Assembly (NCBI GenBank): GCA_045634485.1
Contig: JAZRAJ010000067.1
Span: forward strand, 1 to 63,337
Origin: Eubacteriales bacterium
GTDB lineage: Bacteria; Bacillota; Clostridia; Oscillospirales; CAG-272
Length of the DNA stretch: 63,337 nucleotides
Direction of reading: 5' to 3'
The notes under the pieces were generated by a model that worked only from the letters and a program-made list of their open reading frames with translations, had not been told where the DNA came from and did not search any database. The position numbers were made by a program, and so were the translations under genes. Below are positions 1-10,269 of this stretch, piece after piece (the first letter of the stretch is position 1; each line of letters begins with the position of its first letter).

Positions 1-276
1 CTTGAATTCTTTTACTATTTTTTTTGCCGCAAACTGCGAAGTAAAAGCTCTGGCATAAGCTTCTAATTTTCTTATTCCGCTTTTACCGTTTACTCCCTCA
101 ATTTTTATTTTATAAAGCTTATATCCCGCTTGCGGTACGAGAGAGTTCTCTATTCCGTCGGGAGTTCCGACAAACGCTATCTCGCAGCCGGAATAATTAG
201 CCTTCATTATCTCCGCAATAGCAAGCGCAGGGTTTACGTGTCCGCCCGATGCACCACCGCTAAATAAAATTTTCAT
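1..276 (-). CDS. murG: UDP-GlcNAc:lipid I GlcNAc transferase, N-terminal part (runs off window start)
   Basis: Manual translation from ATG at 276: MKILFSGGASGGHVNPALAIAE...AFVGTPDGIE, the MurG GGxGGH motif; follows ftsW. Confidence 0.9.
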   Translation of the reverse strand, partial: MKILFSGGASGGHVNPALAIAEIMKANYSGCEIAFVGTPDGIENSLVPQAGYKLYKIKIEGVNGKSGIRKLEAYARAFTSQFAAKKIVKEFK

Positions 277-323
277 AGCTATATTTATATCCTTTTGTAA
301 TTCTTAATGTCAAAATAAACGCT

Positions 324-1712
324 CTACTTTTTTTGCGTAGAGTAACGGGAGATGGAAAGTATTATTCCTATCTCAAATATCTGCAGCATAAGCGCAGTAC
401 CGCCCGCACTAAAGAACGGAAGCGAGATACCCGTGTTGGGCATCATATTGGTTACAACGGCTATATTCATAGCCACCTGAAGCGCTATCTTAAAGGTTAT
501 TCCCCATACAACGAGAGATGAAAATTTGTCGGGTGCGTTTTGACCTATCTTTATTCCTCTCCAAATCAAGAGTCCAAAAAGGAATATAAGTCCGAATGCT
601 CCTACAAATCCAAGCTCCTCGCAGATAATCGTAAATATAAAGTCGTTCTGAGGCTCGGGAACGTATCCGTACTTCTGACGGCTTGCTCCGAGTCCAAGAC
701 CGAAAAATCCTCCCGAGCCTATTGCGTTAAGGCCCTGAAGAGTCTGCCAAGCACTTCCCAAGGGGTCTACCTCGTCAATGTGAAGCCAAATATCCATACG
801 TGCCTGCGCATAGCTTGAAAAGACGGTTATAAGCACGATAAACGCCACACCTATAAAGCCCAAGAGCATAAGTATCCAACGCAAGCGTGTTCCACCCATA
901 AACATAACCGCAAGTCCGATAAGACCAACTATCATAACTCCCGAAATGTGAGGCTGAGCAACTATAAGTATACAAAGTGAGCCGATTATGCACATCGGAA
1001 CAAAAAATCCGTGCTTAAAATGTCCACCGAATTTTTGAAGCGAGTTAACCTGCTTATCGTGCTTTTCAAGATACAAGGCAAGCATCATTATAACGGCAAG
1101 CTTTGCTATCTCCGAGGGCTGAATGGTTACAGGGCCTACCTGAATCCAACGCTCCGCACCGCCTCCCACACGTCCTGCAAAGAGAACAACAACGAGAAGC
1201 ACCATAGCTCCCGCATAAACGAATATCGAAGCCAATCTCCAAAACCATGGACGAGCCAACAAAACGAAGGGGATACTAATTCCTATCGCCGCCACGCTCA
1301 TTATTACGTTACGCACGAGATAACGGAAGGGATCGTCATAGTTCTCCACCGCGTCAACAACGCCCGCACTGTAGCACATAACTATTCCAAAGCAAAGCAA
1401 TATCATCGCCCAAAGCAAAAACCACATATCAACGCTTCCCTTTTCCAAGGGCTTTGCGAGGTCGGGCGCCTCCTCGTTGAGCTTCTCGTAATATATAGCA
1501 TCGTTAAGCTCACGCTTTGCCTCGTTTTTTTCAACGAGAGCCTGAACCTTAACCTTTACGCTCCTTTTCTCACGCTTTTGTTTTTTGTCTTTGTCCTTTG
1601 CTTTACCGCTTATCTTAGCGTTTTTCTCGTCTATCTTTTTATCTAATTCTTTATCAATCTCCTCAAGCAATTCCTCCTCGGGCATAGCTTGATCTTCTTT
1701 TTTATTTTTCAC
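324..1712 (-). CDS. ftsW: SEDS family peptidoglycan glycosyltransferase FtsW/SpoVE
   Basis: RWI..GP..IQPSEIAK, PEPQNDFIF, PNTGISLPFFSAGG motifs; ~10 TM segments; GTG at 1712 fits RBS GGAGGT better than TTG at 1718. Confidence 0.93.
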   Translation of the reverse strand: MKNKKEDQAMPEEELLEEIDKELDKKIDEKNAKISGKAKDKDKKQKREKRSVKVKVQALVEKNEAKRELNDAIYYEKLNEEAPDLAKPLEKGSVDMWFLLWAMILLCFGIVMCYSAGVVDAVENYDDPFRYLVRNVIMSVAAIGISIPFVLLARPWFWRLASIFVYAGAMVLLVVVLFAGRVGGGAERWIQVGPVTIQPSEIAKLAVIMMLALYLEKHDKQVNSLQKFGGHFKHGFFVPMCIIGSLCILIVAQPHISGVMIVGLIGLAVMFMGGTRLRWILMLLGFIGVAFIVLITVFSSYAQARMDIWLHIDEVDPLGSAWQTLQGLNAIGSGGFFGLGLGASRQKYGYVPEPQNDFIFTIICEELGFVGAFGLIFLFGLLIWRGIKIGQNAPDKFSSLVVWGITFKIALQVAMNIAVVTNMMPNTGISLPFFSAGGTALMLQIFEIGIILSISRYSTQKK

Positions 1713-1765
1713 AATCAATACCTCCCCGAAAAAGAATATTTTAAAGGCTTAAATAAAATTCATTA

Positions 1766-2818
1766 TTAGCCAAAATAAAGTCCGAGCCAAGCGATACCGC
1801 ACAAAATAACGGTAACGAGCGAGAACACCGTGTCAACGGTAACCTCGTTCCATCCGCAAGCCTCAAAGTGGTGATGCGCAGGAGCGCACTTGAAGAGTCG
1901 CTTACCCGTGCCCGTAGCAATTCTGGTTATCTTAAAGATACCAACCTGAAGCATTACGCTTATAGCCTCGAAAATATAAATTCCGCCTGCTATAACTATT
2001 ATAAGCGGCTCGTCGATAATAAATGCCGAGCCAACTACCATTCCACCAAGGAATAGCGAGCCTGTGTCGCCCATAAATACTCTTGCGGGATGATGGTTGT
2101 ATATCAAAAATCCTATCATAGCGCCAATAAGAGCCGAGGAAACGAAGGAGAGCGAAGCACGCGCACCGTCGTTTTCAAGCATAGGCGTTTTAACGGTAAA
2201 GAGAACCACCGCAAAGAAGAGTGCAACCGTTAAGGTAATGCTTGATGCGAGTCCGTCAAGACCGTCGGTAAGATTTACACTGTTTACAACTCCAACGATA
2301 AGAATTACCGCAAAGAGATAGTATACTATTCCAAGCTCAACCGTTTTATCGATAAAGGGAATGTGAAGCGTGGTATCCAAGCCACCAAATCTTACGAGCA
2401 AAATTATATAAGCAACTGCGGCTATAACCTGAAGCGCAAACTTTTGCCAAGCCTTAAGTCCCTCGTTTTGCTTTTTTAAAAGCTTACGGTAATCGTCAAA
2501 AAATCCTATCATACCGTTGAAAACGGCAAGAGCGAGAGTGAGTCCCAAGGGGATAAGTCTGTTTTGCTCTCCTCTTATAGCGTAAACCACAACCATAACG
2601 AGCGCAATAATAAGCATTGCGAATATAAAGGAAATTCCGCCCATAGTGGGGGTTCCCGCCTTAGCGTAATGTGACTTTGGTCCCTCCTGTCTAATAGGCT
2701 GACCTGCCTTTTTAGCAACCAAAATCGGAATAATAAAATGGGAAAGTATCGCCGTTAAAGCCAACGACGATACTCCTACTATCAAAAATTCAATCAACGT
2801 TCTATTCATCATAATCAT
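1766..2818 (-). CDS. mraY: Phospho-N-acetylmuramoyl-pentapeptide transferase
   Basis: KAGTPTMGG, GFFDDY, NSVNLTDGLDGLA, VFMGDTGS, APAHHHFE motifs. Confidence 0.97.
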   Translation of the reverse strand: MIMMNRTLIEFLIVGVSSLALTAILSHFIIPILVAKKAGQPIRQEGPKSHYAKAGTPTMGGISFIFAMLIIALVMVVVYAIRGEQNRLIPLGLTLALAVFNGMIGFFDDYRKLLKKQNEGLKAWQKFALQVIAAVAYIILLVRFGGLDTTLHIPFIDKTVELGIVYYLFAVILIVGVVNSVNLTDGLDGLASSITLTVALFFAVVLFTVKTPMLENDGARASLSFVSSALIGAMIGFLIYNHHPARVFMGDTGSLFLGGMVVGSAFIIDEPLIIVIAGGIYIFEAISVMLQVGIFKITRIATGTGKRLFKCAPAHHHFEACGWNEVTVDTVFSLVTVILCGIAWLGLYFG

Positions 2819-2853
2819 CCTCTTTCCACCGTCTACTGACCGCTAACCGCTAA

Positions 2854-4308
2854 TCACTTACCGTAACGTAGTCTTGCCTCGTTAGCCTTAAGATACTCTA
2901 TAACTCGCTCCGCCTTAACTCCGCGGCTTGCCTTGACGAGAAGCATATCTCCCGCCCTTGCGTTGCTAATTATCATCTCTCCGGTAATATCAGGACGGTC
3001 AAGCGCTACGTTTCTAAATATAGCCTCGCTTGACATACCGCCCGCAATCGCTCCCTCGGCTATGGTGCTTGCAAGAGAGCCGAATGTGTAAAGAGCCGAG
3101 CCGCCTCTGCGCGCAAATTCCATGCCAACAGAGGTGTGGGCATCGTTTGAGCAGATTCCAAGCTCATACATATCGCCAAGAAGCGCAGTCATTCTGCCAC
3201 ATTCCTTTTGGCGCACAACGTTGCTGAGAACGGCAATAGATGCTCTCATAGACTCGGGGCTTGCGTTGTAGCAATCCTGAATAATGGTAATATCGCCGAT
3301 ATCAAATATAGTCTGGCGCATACCAACGCTTCTAAAGTTGCTAAGTCCACGCTCGATTACGTCCTCGTCAAGATTCATATTAACGGCGATAGCATAAGCG
3401 TAAAGCGCCGCATAAACGTAATGCTCGCCAACTATCGGTATAGAAAGCCCCTCAAGAGTGATTCCCTTGTAGGTTACGTCAAAATAAGTTTTATCGGTAC
3501 CAACCTTAACTTTAGTTGCTCTTACATCGCAATCCTCGGAAAAGCCTACGTACTCGCATCTTATTCCGCTAAGCTCCTCACGGTTACGAAGCAAGGGCTC
3601 ATCTCCGTTAAGCAAAAGCAATCCGCCGGGCTTAAGTCCCGTAACTACCTCAAGCTTTGCCTTGCAGATATTCTCTCTGCTTTCGAGATACTCCATATGC
3701 GACGAGCCGATATTCGTAATAACCGCTATATCGGGCTCGGCAATGCGAGAAAGATACTCTATCTCTCCAAAATTACTCATACCCATCTCAAGCACGGAGA
3801 CCTGAGTATCCTTAGTCATCGTAAGCAAGGAAAGAGGCATACCAAGGGTACTGTTATAGTTGCCCTCGGTTTTATGTAAGCGAAGATGCTCTGAAAGCAC
3901 CGCCGCAATAAATTCCTTAGTCGTGGTTTTTCCAACGCTACCCGTTACGGCAATCTTTTTATGATTTATTCTTCTATCATAAGCCTTGGCAAGGTCGCCT
4001 ATTGCGCGGAGCGTATCGTTAACGACAAGCGCCGCATAGCTTCTGCCGTTTAAGCTCTCGGGAATATGATCGCAAAGAACGCACTGACCTCCGCGGTCAA
4101 GCGCCGCACCGATGAAATTATGACCGTTAACGTTTTGACCGTCAAGCGCCACGAAAAGAGAGCCGTTCTCTGCTTCTCGAGAGTCGGTGCATACGGTGTT
4201 AAACGGCACATTTCTATTATTTTGACCGCCTACAAGGCAAAGCATTCCGCCACACATTTCTGCGAGCTCGGACATAGTTATTGCATTACAACCTACGTTA
4301 ACCTTCAT
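2854..4308 (-). CDS. murF: UDP-MurNAc-tripeptide--D-Ala-D-Ala ligase
   Basis: VTGSVGKTTTKE, LEMGM, DCYNASPESM, LGDMYELG, LVKASRG motifs. Confidence 0.96.
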   Translation of the reverse strand: MKVNVGCNAITMSELAEMCGGMLCLVGGQNNRNVPFNTVCTDSREAENGSLFVALDGQNVNGHNFIGAALDRGGQCVLCDHIPESLNGRSYAALVVNDTLRAIGDLAKAYDRRINHKKIAVTGSVGKTTTKEFIAAVLSEHLRLHKTEGNYNSTLGMPLSLLTMTKDTQVSVLEMGMSNFGEIEYLSRIAEPDIAVITNIGSSHMEYLESRENICKAKLEVVTGLKPGGLLLLNGDEPLLRNREELSGIRCEYVGFSEDCDVRATKVKVGTDKTYFDVTYKGITLEGLSIPIVGEHYVYAALYAYAIAVNMNLDEDVIERGLSNFRSVGMRQTIFDIGDITIIQDCYNASPESMRASIAVLSNVVRQKECGRMTALLGDMYELGICSNDAHTSVGMEFARRGGSALYTFGSLASTIAEGAIAGGMSSEAIFRNVALDRPDITGEMIISNARAGDMLLVKASRGVKAERVIEYLKANEARLRYGK

Positions 4309-4310
4309 TT

Positions 4311-5819
4311 TTACATCCTTTCCTGCCGTATTTTTCGTCGCTCTGCCAAAGCATCCCTTGCAATTCTACGCTCGTCAAACGAATGCTTACCGTCAATGCC
4401 TATCTCGTAGGGCTCGTGTCCCTTACCCGCTAAGACCACGGTATCGTTGCTTCTTGCATAGCGAATTATCGCGTCAAGGATTGCTTCCCTGCGCGATTCT
4501 ATCACGGCAAATTCCTTTTCCTTATCAATTCCCTTTAAAATATCCTTGATAATATCCTTAGGGTCCTCACTCCGCGGATTATCCTACGTTACTACTACGA
4601 GGTTGGCAAGCCGCGAGGCTATCTGCCCCATTACTTTTCTTTTTCCCTTATCTCTATCCCCACCGCATCCAAAGAGCAAAATTATTCTTGACTCCTTGGG
4701 TATCAACGCCCTTACGCTACGCAAAAGCGCCTCGAGCGCATCGGGTGTGTGCGCATAATCTATGAAAACGCTAATATCGTCAGTCGAATCACAAAAGACT
4801 TTTTCAAGCCTTCCCAAAACCAACGGCATTTTCTCTATAGCCGCACAGGATAAAGCACTGTCTATTTTGCAAAGCTCTGCCGCCGCAATCGCCTCCAAGG
4901 AATTCATTACCTGAAAGCCTCCGCAAAGCGGGCATCTAACGGTTTGAGCGTTGCACATATCGTTATTTTTTACTAAAACGTATTCTATACCGTCCCTTAC
5001 GCTTACCTCGTCAAGAGCGCAAAAATCCCCCTTGTTTCGCGAGCAGCTTTTTTTACAGACGTCTTGCTCACAAAGAAAAGAATAAAGTCTTTTACCCGCA
5101 TCGCTATCAATATTGACAACGGCGCTTTTCGTCTGTAAAAACAGCTTTTCCTTTGCTTTGTAATAATCCTCCATACCGTTATGGAAGTCAAGATGCTCTT
5201 CGCTTAGGTTGGTAAAGATTGCGACGTCAAAGGTTATCGGATAAACTCTGCCTTGCGCAAGCGCATGCGAGCTTACCTCCATAACAACGTATTCAACGCC
5301 ATCCTCACACATTTCTCCTAAAGCGCTATAAAGAGCCTGCGGAGCAGGGGTAGTCATATTTCCCTCAAGCTCTATCCTTCTCCGATGCGCAGAAAGGCAC
5401 TCAACCGTGCCGATAAGACCCGTCTTATAGCCGACGGACTCCAGTATTTGAAGAAGTATATAAGCCGTTGAGGTTTTTCCGTTTGTACCCGTTATGCCAA
5501 TAAAATGCATTTTGCTAACGGGATCTCTATACCAAAGATTATAGAGCAAAGAAGCTACATTCCTTGTGTTCTCTGCATAAAGCAACGCGGCACCACCCAC
5601 ACACTCGTTACGCACGTTCTCTGCTACTATAACCCTTGCGCCTGCATTAAGAGCCTCACTGATATAACGGTGTCCGTCATCATCTCTACCCTTAATACAG
5701 ATAAAAATACTGTTTTTAACTACCTCTCTGGAATCGGTTGTAATTTTAGATACCTCAATTCCAAAAAGCTCCCTTGGGCACCAAAGCCCTGCCGATAAAA
5801 GCAATTCCTCAAAGAACAT
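4311..5819 (-). pseudogene. murE: UDP-MurNAc-dipeptide--meso-DAP ligase with one in-frame TAG at 4584-4586 (pseudogene or base-call error)
   Basis: GITGTNGKTST, MEVSSH, DYAHTPDAL, FGCGGDRD; reading through the TAG gives VVVT*DNPRSEDP...LAGKGHEPY, in frame with ORF 4311..4505. Confidence 0.85.
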
Positions 5820-5914
5820 ATTATCCTCCGAAAATCGAATTTACATCAACTTCCTTAGTCTATGCTCTTCTTGCCTTTATAATCGATAAAATTTTTAAAT
5901 CTTAATTTTTAATA

Positions 5915-8290
5915 TCAACTAACCTTTTCAAACTTAACCGTGATAACGGTTCCCTCGGGCACCATAGTTCCCGCAGGAATTGACTGGTAAACAACTCTGT
6001 AGTCGGTTCCAATCGAATGTCCGCCCTCGCCCTCGATTTTAATATTCAAGTGGCGGTATGCAAGTATTCGATTTGCCAAGGTCGGGTTTTCTCCCTCAAG
6101 AAGCGGAACCGCAACCGTAGGCGTAGGCTTTACGCCCGCATACAAATAAATTGTTCCCGTTGATTTGTCGATATATTCGCCGTAAGCGGGTAATTGCGAG
6201 GTAACCTTAAGCTCCTCGTCCGCCTCAGCATCTCCTGTGCCTCCAACGACTACTACGTTGAGGCCTCTATCCTCAATATATTCCTTTGCTCTGCCAACAG
6301 ACCAACCGCGGTAGCTGCCAACCTTAACGGTAAGCTTTGCAAGCTCCTCTGCAGTGTACTCTGCCTCGATACCGAGGTACGGCATAGTATTTTCAAGCAC
6401 GTTAGCAACGTAAGGAGCCGCAACCGTGCTTCCGTAGAGCGAGCCTGCGGTAGGCTCATCTACCATTATTATAATAGCAATCTGTGGATCGTCCGCAGGG
6501 GCGAACGCAACGGTGGAGCAGATATACTTTTCACTAACCTCAAAGTATTCGTCCTCTCCGTAAAATCCGCAAACGCTACATTTATAGAACTGTATTCCCT
6601 CTATCTCCTCGGTGGGTATACCCGTGTATCCGCACTTAGGGCACTCTCGCTCCTTCTTTTCGGCGGTACCGGTTTTAGCGGCAACACGGTAGCCTGCAAC
6701 GTAGGCGTTTTTAGCACCTCCGTTATTGGAAACACCCTCCTCGAGTATCTTAGAAACCGTCTTGCAGGTTTCACTGCTTACAGTTCCGCGCTTTGTTTGT
6801 AAATTATGCTGAAATATTAGGTTACCCGCATTGTCCGTGATTTTCTCAACGAGATAAGGAGTAACAAGCGTTCCGCCGTTTGCAACCGACGCAATTGCGG
6901 TAAGCTGCTGGATAGGCGTTACGTTAAAGTTCTGACCAAACGCATATATCGCAAGGTCAAGATTTGTCATTTCTGCGGCAAATATACCGCTTCCCTCACC
7001 GGGAAGGTCTATACCGCTCTTTTCGGTATAACCGAACATCTCAACGTAGTTTTTGTACTTTTGAATGCCCAAGCGCTCGCCAAGCTCCATAAACCATACG
7101 TTGCAGGATTGCTGAAGTCCCGTTGGGAAGGAAAGATTTCCGTGTCCCGACGTAACGTGACAGTGAATTTTGTGACCGTAAAGCGATCTGTAGCCCGAGC
7201 AGGTAAGCGTTTCGGTAAGATTTACAAGCTTTTCTTCAAGAGCCATCGAGGACGTTATTATCTTAAACGTCGAGCCCGGAATATAGCTTTCGGTTACCGC
7301 CTTGTTAGACCACATCGTTGTAAGAAGTGCGCGCGAGATATCGTTGTACTCATCGCTCTCCTCGGTGTAGCCCTCATCAAGAGCGTTATTTAATATTTGC
7401 TGTGATCTTTCGTCAAGCCCCCAAGGATCGTTAAGATCAAAGGGCGACGAGGTTGCCATTGCAAGAATAGCTCCCGTATTTACGTCCATAACTATTCCGC
7501 ACGCTCTGTTAGTTACCTCGTGCTTTTCAACCGTTGCGGCAATCTCCGCCTCAAGATAGCTTTGTATCGTTGAGTCTAAGGTTGTAGTAAGATTATAACC
7601 GTCTATTGCGTCGATATAGCTTGCATACTCAAACGGCATTACGTTGCCATAGGAATCTCTTGCCTTTATATAATATCCGTCAACACCGCCAAGGTATTCA
7701 TCGTACTGAAGCTCAAGTCCGTAAAGTCCGTCGCCGTCGCTGCTTGTAAATCCAAGCGCGTGAGCCGCAAGGCTTCCTGCAGGATAATATCTTGTGCTTT
7801 GAGCCTCAACGTAGACCATGGTTTCAAGCGAATTTTTAGCGATAAACTTTCTTATCTGATCCGCCTTTGCCTCGTCAACCTTCTGCGACATAAGTCTGTA
7901 ATATTTATCGGCAAATCGGTTTATTTGGTCACGAATGCTCTCCTCGGTAACGTTTTCCAAAAGCTCGGGGAGACCCTTGGAGATAATGCTCGTGTAATTA
8001 ACCTTTTGATCCTTCTCTGCGGTCTTTATAGAGGACGGAGAGATAAACACCTTATAGGTGGTTATATTCGTAGCAAGTATACTTCCGTTCCTATCGTATA
8101 TCTTTCCGCGGTTTGCGGGCACGGGCGACTCAGTGGTCATCTGCTTAACCACTCTCTCCTGATACTTTTCAAAGTCGACCGTTTGTATAAGCAATATTCT
8201 TAAAAGAAGTACGCCAAAAATCGCGAAGATGATAATGCAAACTAAATTTGAACGTCTTATTGATCTTGTTTTTCCCGAGACGCCTTGCAT
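5915..8290 (-). CDS. Class B penicillin-binding protein, SpoVD/FtsI type, with C-terminal PASTA-like domains
   Basis: N-terminal TM, RGKIYDRNG, RYYP, GLELQYD, active-site STFK / SCN / KTGT; dcw position. Confidence 0.93.
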   Translation of the reverse strand: MQGVSGKTRSIRRSNLVCIIIFAIFGVLLLRILLIQTVDFEKYQERVVKQMTTESPVPANRGKIYDRNGSILATNITTYKVFISPSSIKTAEKDQKVNYTSIISKGLPELLENVTEESIRDQINRFADKYYRLMSQKVDEAKADQIRKFIAKNSLETMVYVEAQSTRYYPAGSLAAHALGFTSSDGDGLYGLELQYDEYLGGVDGYYIKARDSYGNVMPFEYASYIDAIDGYNLTTTLDSTIQSYLEAEIAATVEKHEVTNRACGIVMDVNTGAILAMATSSPFDLNDPWGLDERSQQILNNALDEGYTEESDEYNDISRALLTTMWSNKAVTESYIPGSTFKIITSSMALEEKLVNLTETLTCSGYRSLYGHKIHCHVTSGHGNLSFPTGLQQSCNVWFMELGERLGIQKYKNYVEMFGYTEKSGIDLPGEGSGIFAAEMTNLDLAIYAFGQNFNVTPIQQLTAIASVANGGTLVTPYLVEKITDNAGNLIFQHNLQTKRGTVSSETCKTVSKILEEGVSNNGGAKNAYVAGYRVAAKTGTAEKKERECPKCGYTGIPTEEIEGIQFYKCSVCGFYGEDEYFEVSEKYICSTVAFAPADDPQIAIIIMVDEPTAGSLYGSTVAAPYVANVLENTMPYLGIEAEYTAEELAKLTVKVGSYRGWSVGRAKEYIEDRGLNVVVVGGTGDAEADEELKVTSQLPAYGEYIDKSTGTIYLYAGVKPTPTVAVPLLEGENPTLANRILAYRHLNIKIEGEGGHSIGTDYRVVYQSIPAGTMVPEGTVITVKFEKVS

Positions 8291-8348
8291 ATTCCTCTCC
8301 TTTTTTTCGTTTTAAAAATTTCTTCAAAAAAATTGCAATTCCTGTATA

Positions 8349-8377
8349 ATTCTATGGCAAAATAAGAATTTTTATGC
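8349..8377 (-). promoter_or_regulatory. Putative sigma-E (mother-cell sporulation) promoter for the PBP gene
   Basis: Minus strand GCATA-N16-CATAGAAT matches the sigma-E consensus ATA-N16-CATAcaaT; spoVD is a known sigma-E target. Confidence 0.55.
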
Positions 8378-8397
8378 TATACTAAAAGGAAAGAGTA

Positions 8398-9252
8398 TTA
8401 ATCCTCGGGATTTATTCCGAATGCGGAAAGAAGGGCGGACAAGCCAAGGTTTTCCTCCTTGCCCTCGTCGTAGATAACTATTTCATCATCCTCCTTAAGA
8501 GTTATGTACTCGTTATCTGCGTACTGACGCTTTATCATGCCCATAGCCTTTGCATCGGCTTCGATTTGATCAACCGTATATTTAAGGTCAAGCTTTCCTT
8601 CGATATCGGCCTTTTCCGCCTTGAGAGATGCTATCTGGCTATCAAGCTTTCCAACCTCTCCCTCGGAGGTTCCAACAAGAACCGAACCACTAACGATAAG
8701 AGTCATAGAAATTGCGAACACCGCAATACCCGCCATAGCGGATACGGGAAGCTTAAAGCTTCTTCCTACGCTTCTACCCTCCTTACGCTCAATAGGAAAC
8801 CATTCCTTAGCCAAGCTTTTAACGGTTGCGATAAGGCCTTGTATGTGACTCTCCTTCGAGCCCGACTCTGCGTGAGTTAAGCTCGACGAGGAAGCCCCGT
8901 TTTTTCTTGCGGGAACTGCGGAATTTTCCGCAGCCTTTGCCTCTGCCTCTGCCGCCTTATATGCGGACGGAGAATAAAAGGCTCTGCGACTTCTGAAGTA
9001 TCTTACGAAATCGTCAGACGTCATATATCTGCTTCCATTGTAAACTCCGCTACGGTAACTGTCTGCAATCTTTGATTGAGAATCAAACAACACGTATCCG
9101 TCGTTGCTATCTGTGCTTGCGGACAACGCATCACGCTCTCTGAGCGTAGCCGCTTCATGCTTTGCGTTATTAGAAATTGCCTTGCCCCTGTATCTGCTGC
9201 GAAGCTCTGCTATACAGCGGTTGTAAGAATCGTTTATGTTTTCAACTGCCAT
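8398..9252 (-). CDS. FtsL-like cell division protein with long N-terminal extension
   Basis: Between rsmH and the PBP; single TM then heptad coiled coil ending IEADAKAMGM. Confidence 0.7.
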   Translation of the reverse strand: MAVENINDSYNRCIAELRSRYRGKAISNNAKHEAATLRERDALSASTDSNDGYVLFDSQSKIADSYRSGVYNGSRYMTSDDFVRYFRSRRAFYSPSAYKAAEAEAKAAENSAVPARKNGASSSSLTHAESGSKESHIQGLIATVKSLAKEWFPIERKEGRSVGRSFKLPVSAMAGIAVFAISMTLIVSGSVLVGTSEGEVGKLDSQIASLKAEKADIEGKLDLKYTVDQIEADAKAMGMIKRQYADNEYITLKEDDEIVIYDEGKEENLGLSALLSAFGINPED

Positions 9253-9314
9253 GCTCAGTTACCCCCTAATAGATTTTATCTATATCCTTTTCTTTGTGTA
9301 ATTTCGTTTATTTT

Positions 9315-10259
9315 TTAAATTCTTTCCGCTATGCGAAGCTTTGCGCTTCTCGAACGCGGATTTTCCTCAAGCTCTTCCCTTGAAGGAAGAATCGGTTTTT
9401 TAGTTATTATTTTTACCTTTGGCTTATTTCCGCAAACGCATATCGGGAAATTCTTTGGGCAGGTACAGCCCGTGGCGAGTGATGCAAAGGTCTGCTTTAC
9501 TATTCTGTCCTCAAGCGAATGGAAGGTTATTATTGCAATTCTTCCACCCTTGTTAAGAAGCGAAACCGCATCTCTTATTGCAGGCTCGATAACATCAAGC
9601 TCGGAATTAACCTCTATTCTGATTGCCTGAAAGCTTCTCTTTGCGGGATGGTGTCCACCCTCGCGCGCCACACTCGGAATTGCGTATTTAACTATATCCG
9701 AAAGCTCTGCGGTGCTTTCTATCGGCTTTTTCTCTCTTGCTCTAACGATTGCCGCCGCTATCTGCGGAGCAAATCTTTCCTCGCCGTAATCAAAAAGTAT
9801 CTTCTTTAGCGCTTGCTCGGAATAGGTGTTTACCACGGTGTACGCATTAAGCGACCTGCGGTTATCCATTCGCATATCAAGCGGAGCGTCCGCACTGTAC
9901 GAAAAGCCTCGCTCTGCGGTGTCAAGCTGATAGGAGGAAACTCCAAGGTCAAGCAAAACTCCGTCAACACCGTCGATATCAAGCTCACTGCAAACTCTTG
10001 CTATCTCGCAAAAGTTGCTTCGAACCACCGTCGTGTTCTTCTCAAGAGCATTTAGCCTCTCGGTTGCAACCGCAACCGCCGTTTCGTCCTGGTCGATTGC
10101 TATAAGTCGACCGTTGCCGAGTCGCTTAGCAATTTCCGACGAATGCCCTGCGCCTCCTGCGGTTCCGTCGACGTACACACCGTCGGGCTTTATATCAAGT
10201 CCCTCCATACACTCGGAAAGAAGAACCGAATAATGAGAAAATTCAATCTTTTCTGCCAT
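9315..10259 (-). CDS. rsmH: 16S rRNA m4C1402 methyltransferase
   Basis: HYSVLL, DGTAGGAGHS, LDLGVSSYQLD, FQAIRIEVN, NPRSRSAKLR. Confidence 0.98.
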   Translation of the reverse strand: MAEKIEFSHYSVLLSECMEGLDIKPDGVYVDGTAGGAGHSSEIAKRLGNGRLIAIDQDETAVAVATERLNALEKNTTVVRSNFCEIARVCSELDIDGVDGVLLDLGVSSYQLDTAERGFSYSADAPLDMRMDNRRSLNAYTVVNTYSEQALKKILFDYGEERFAPQIAAAIVRAREKKPIESTAELSDIVKYAIPSVAREGGHHPAKRSFQAIRIEVNSELDVIEPAIRDAVSLLNKGGRIAIITFHSLEDRIVKQTFASLATGCTCPKNFPICVCGNKPKVKIITKKPILPSREELEENPRSRSAKLRIAERI

Positions 10260-10269
10260 AGCCTAAAAA

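Noticed and set aside
4584..4586. Genome-wide TAG reassignment or pyrrolysine
   Set aside because: TAG ends ftsW (324) and the DUF4830-like gene (31783) at plausible C-termini; no other interrupted gene and no pyl genes were seen.
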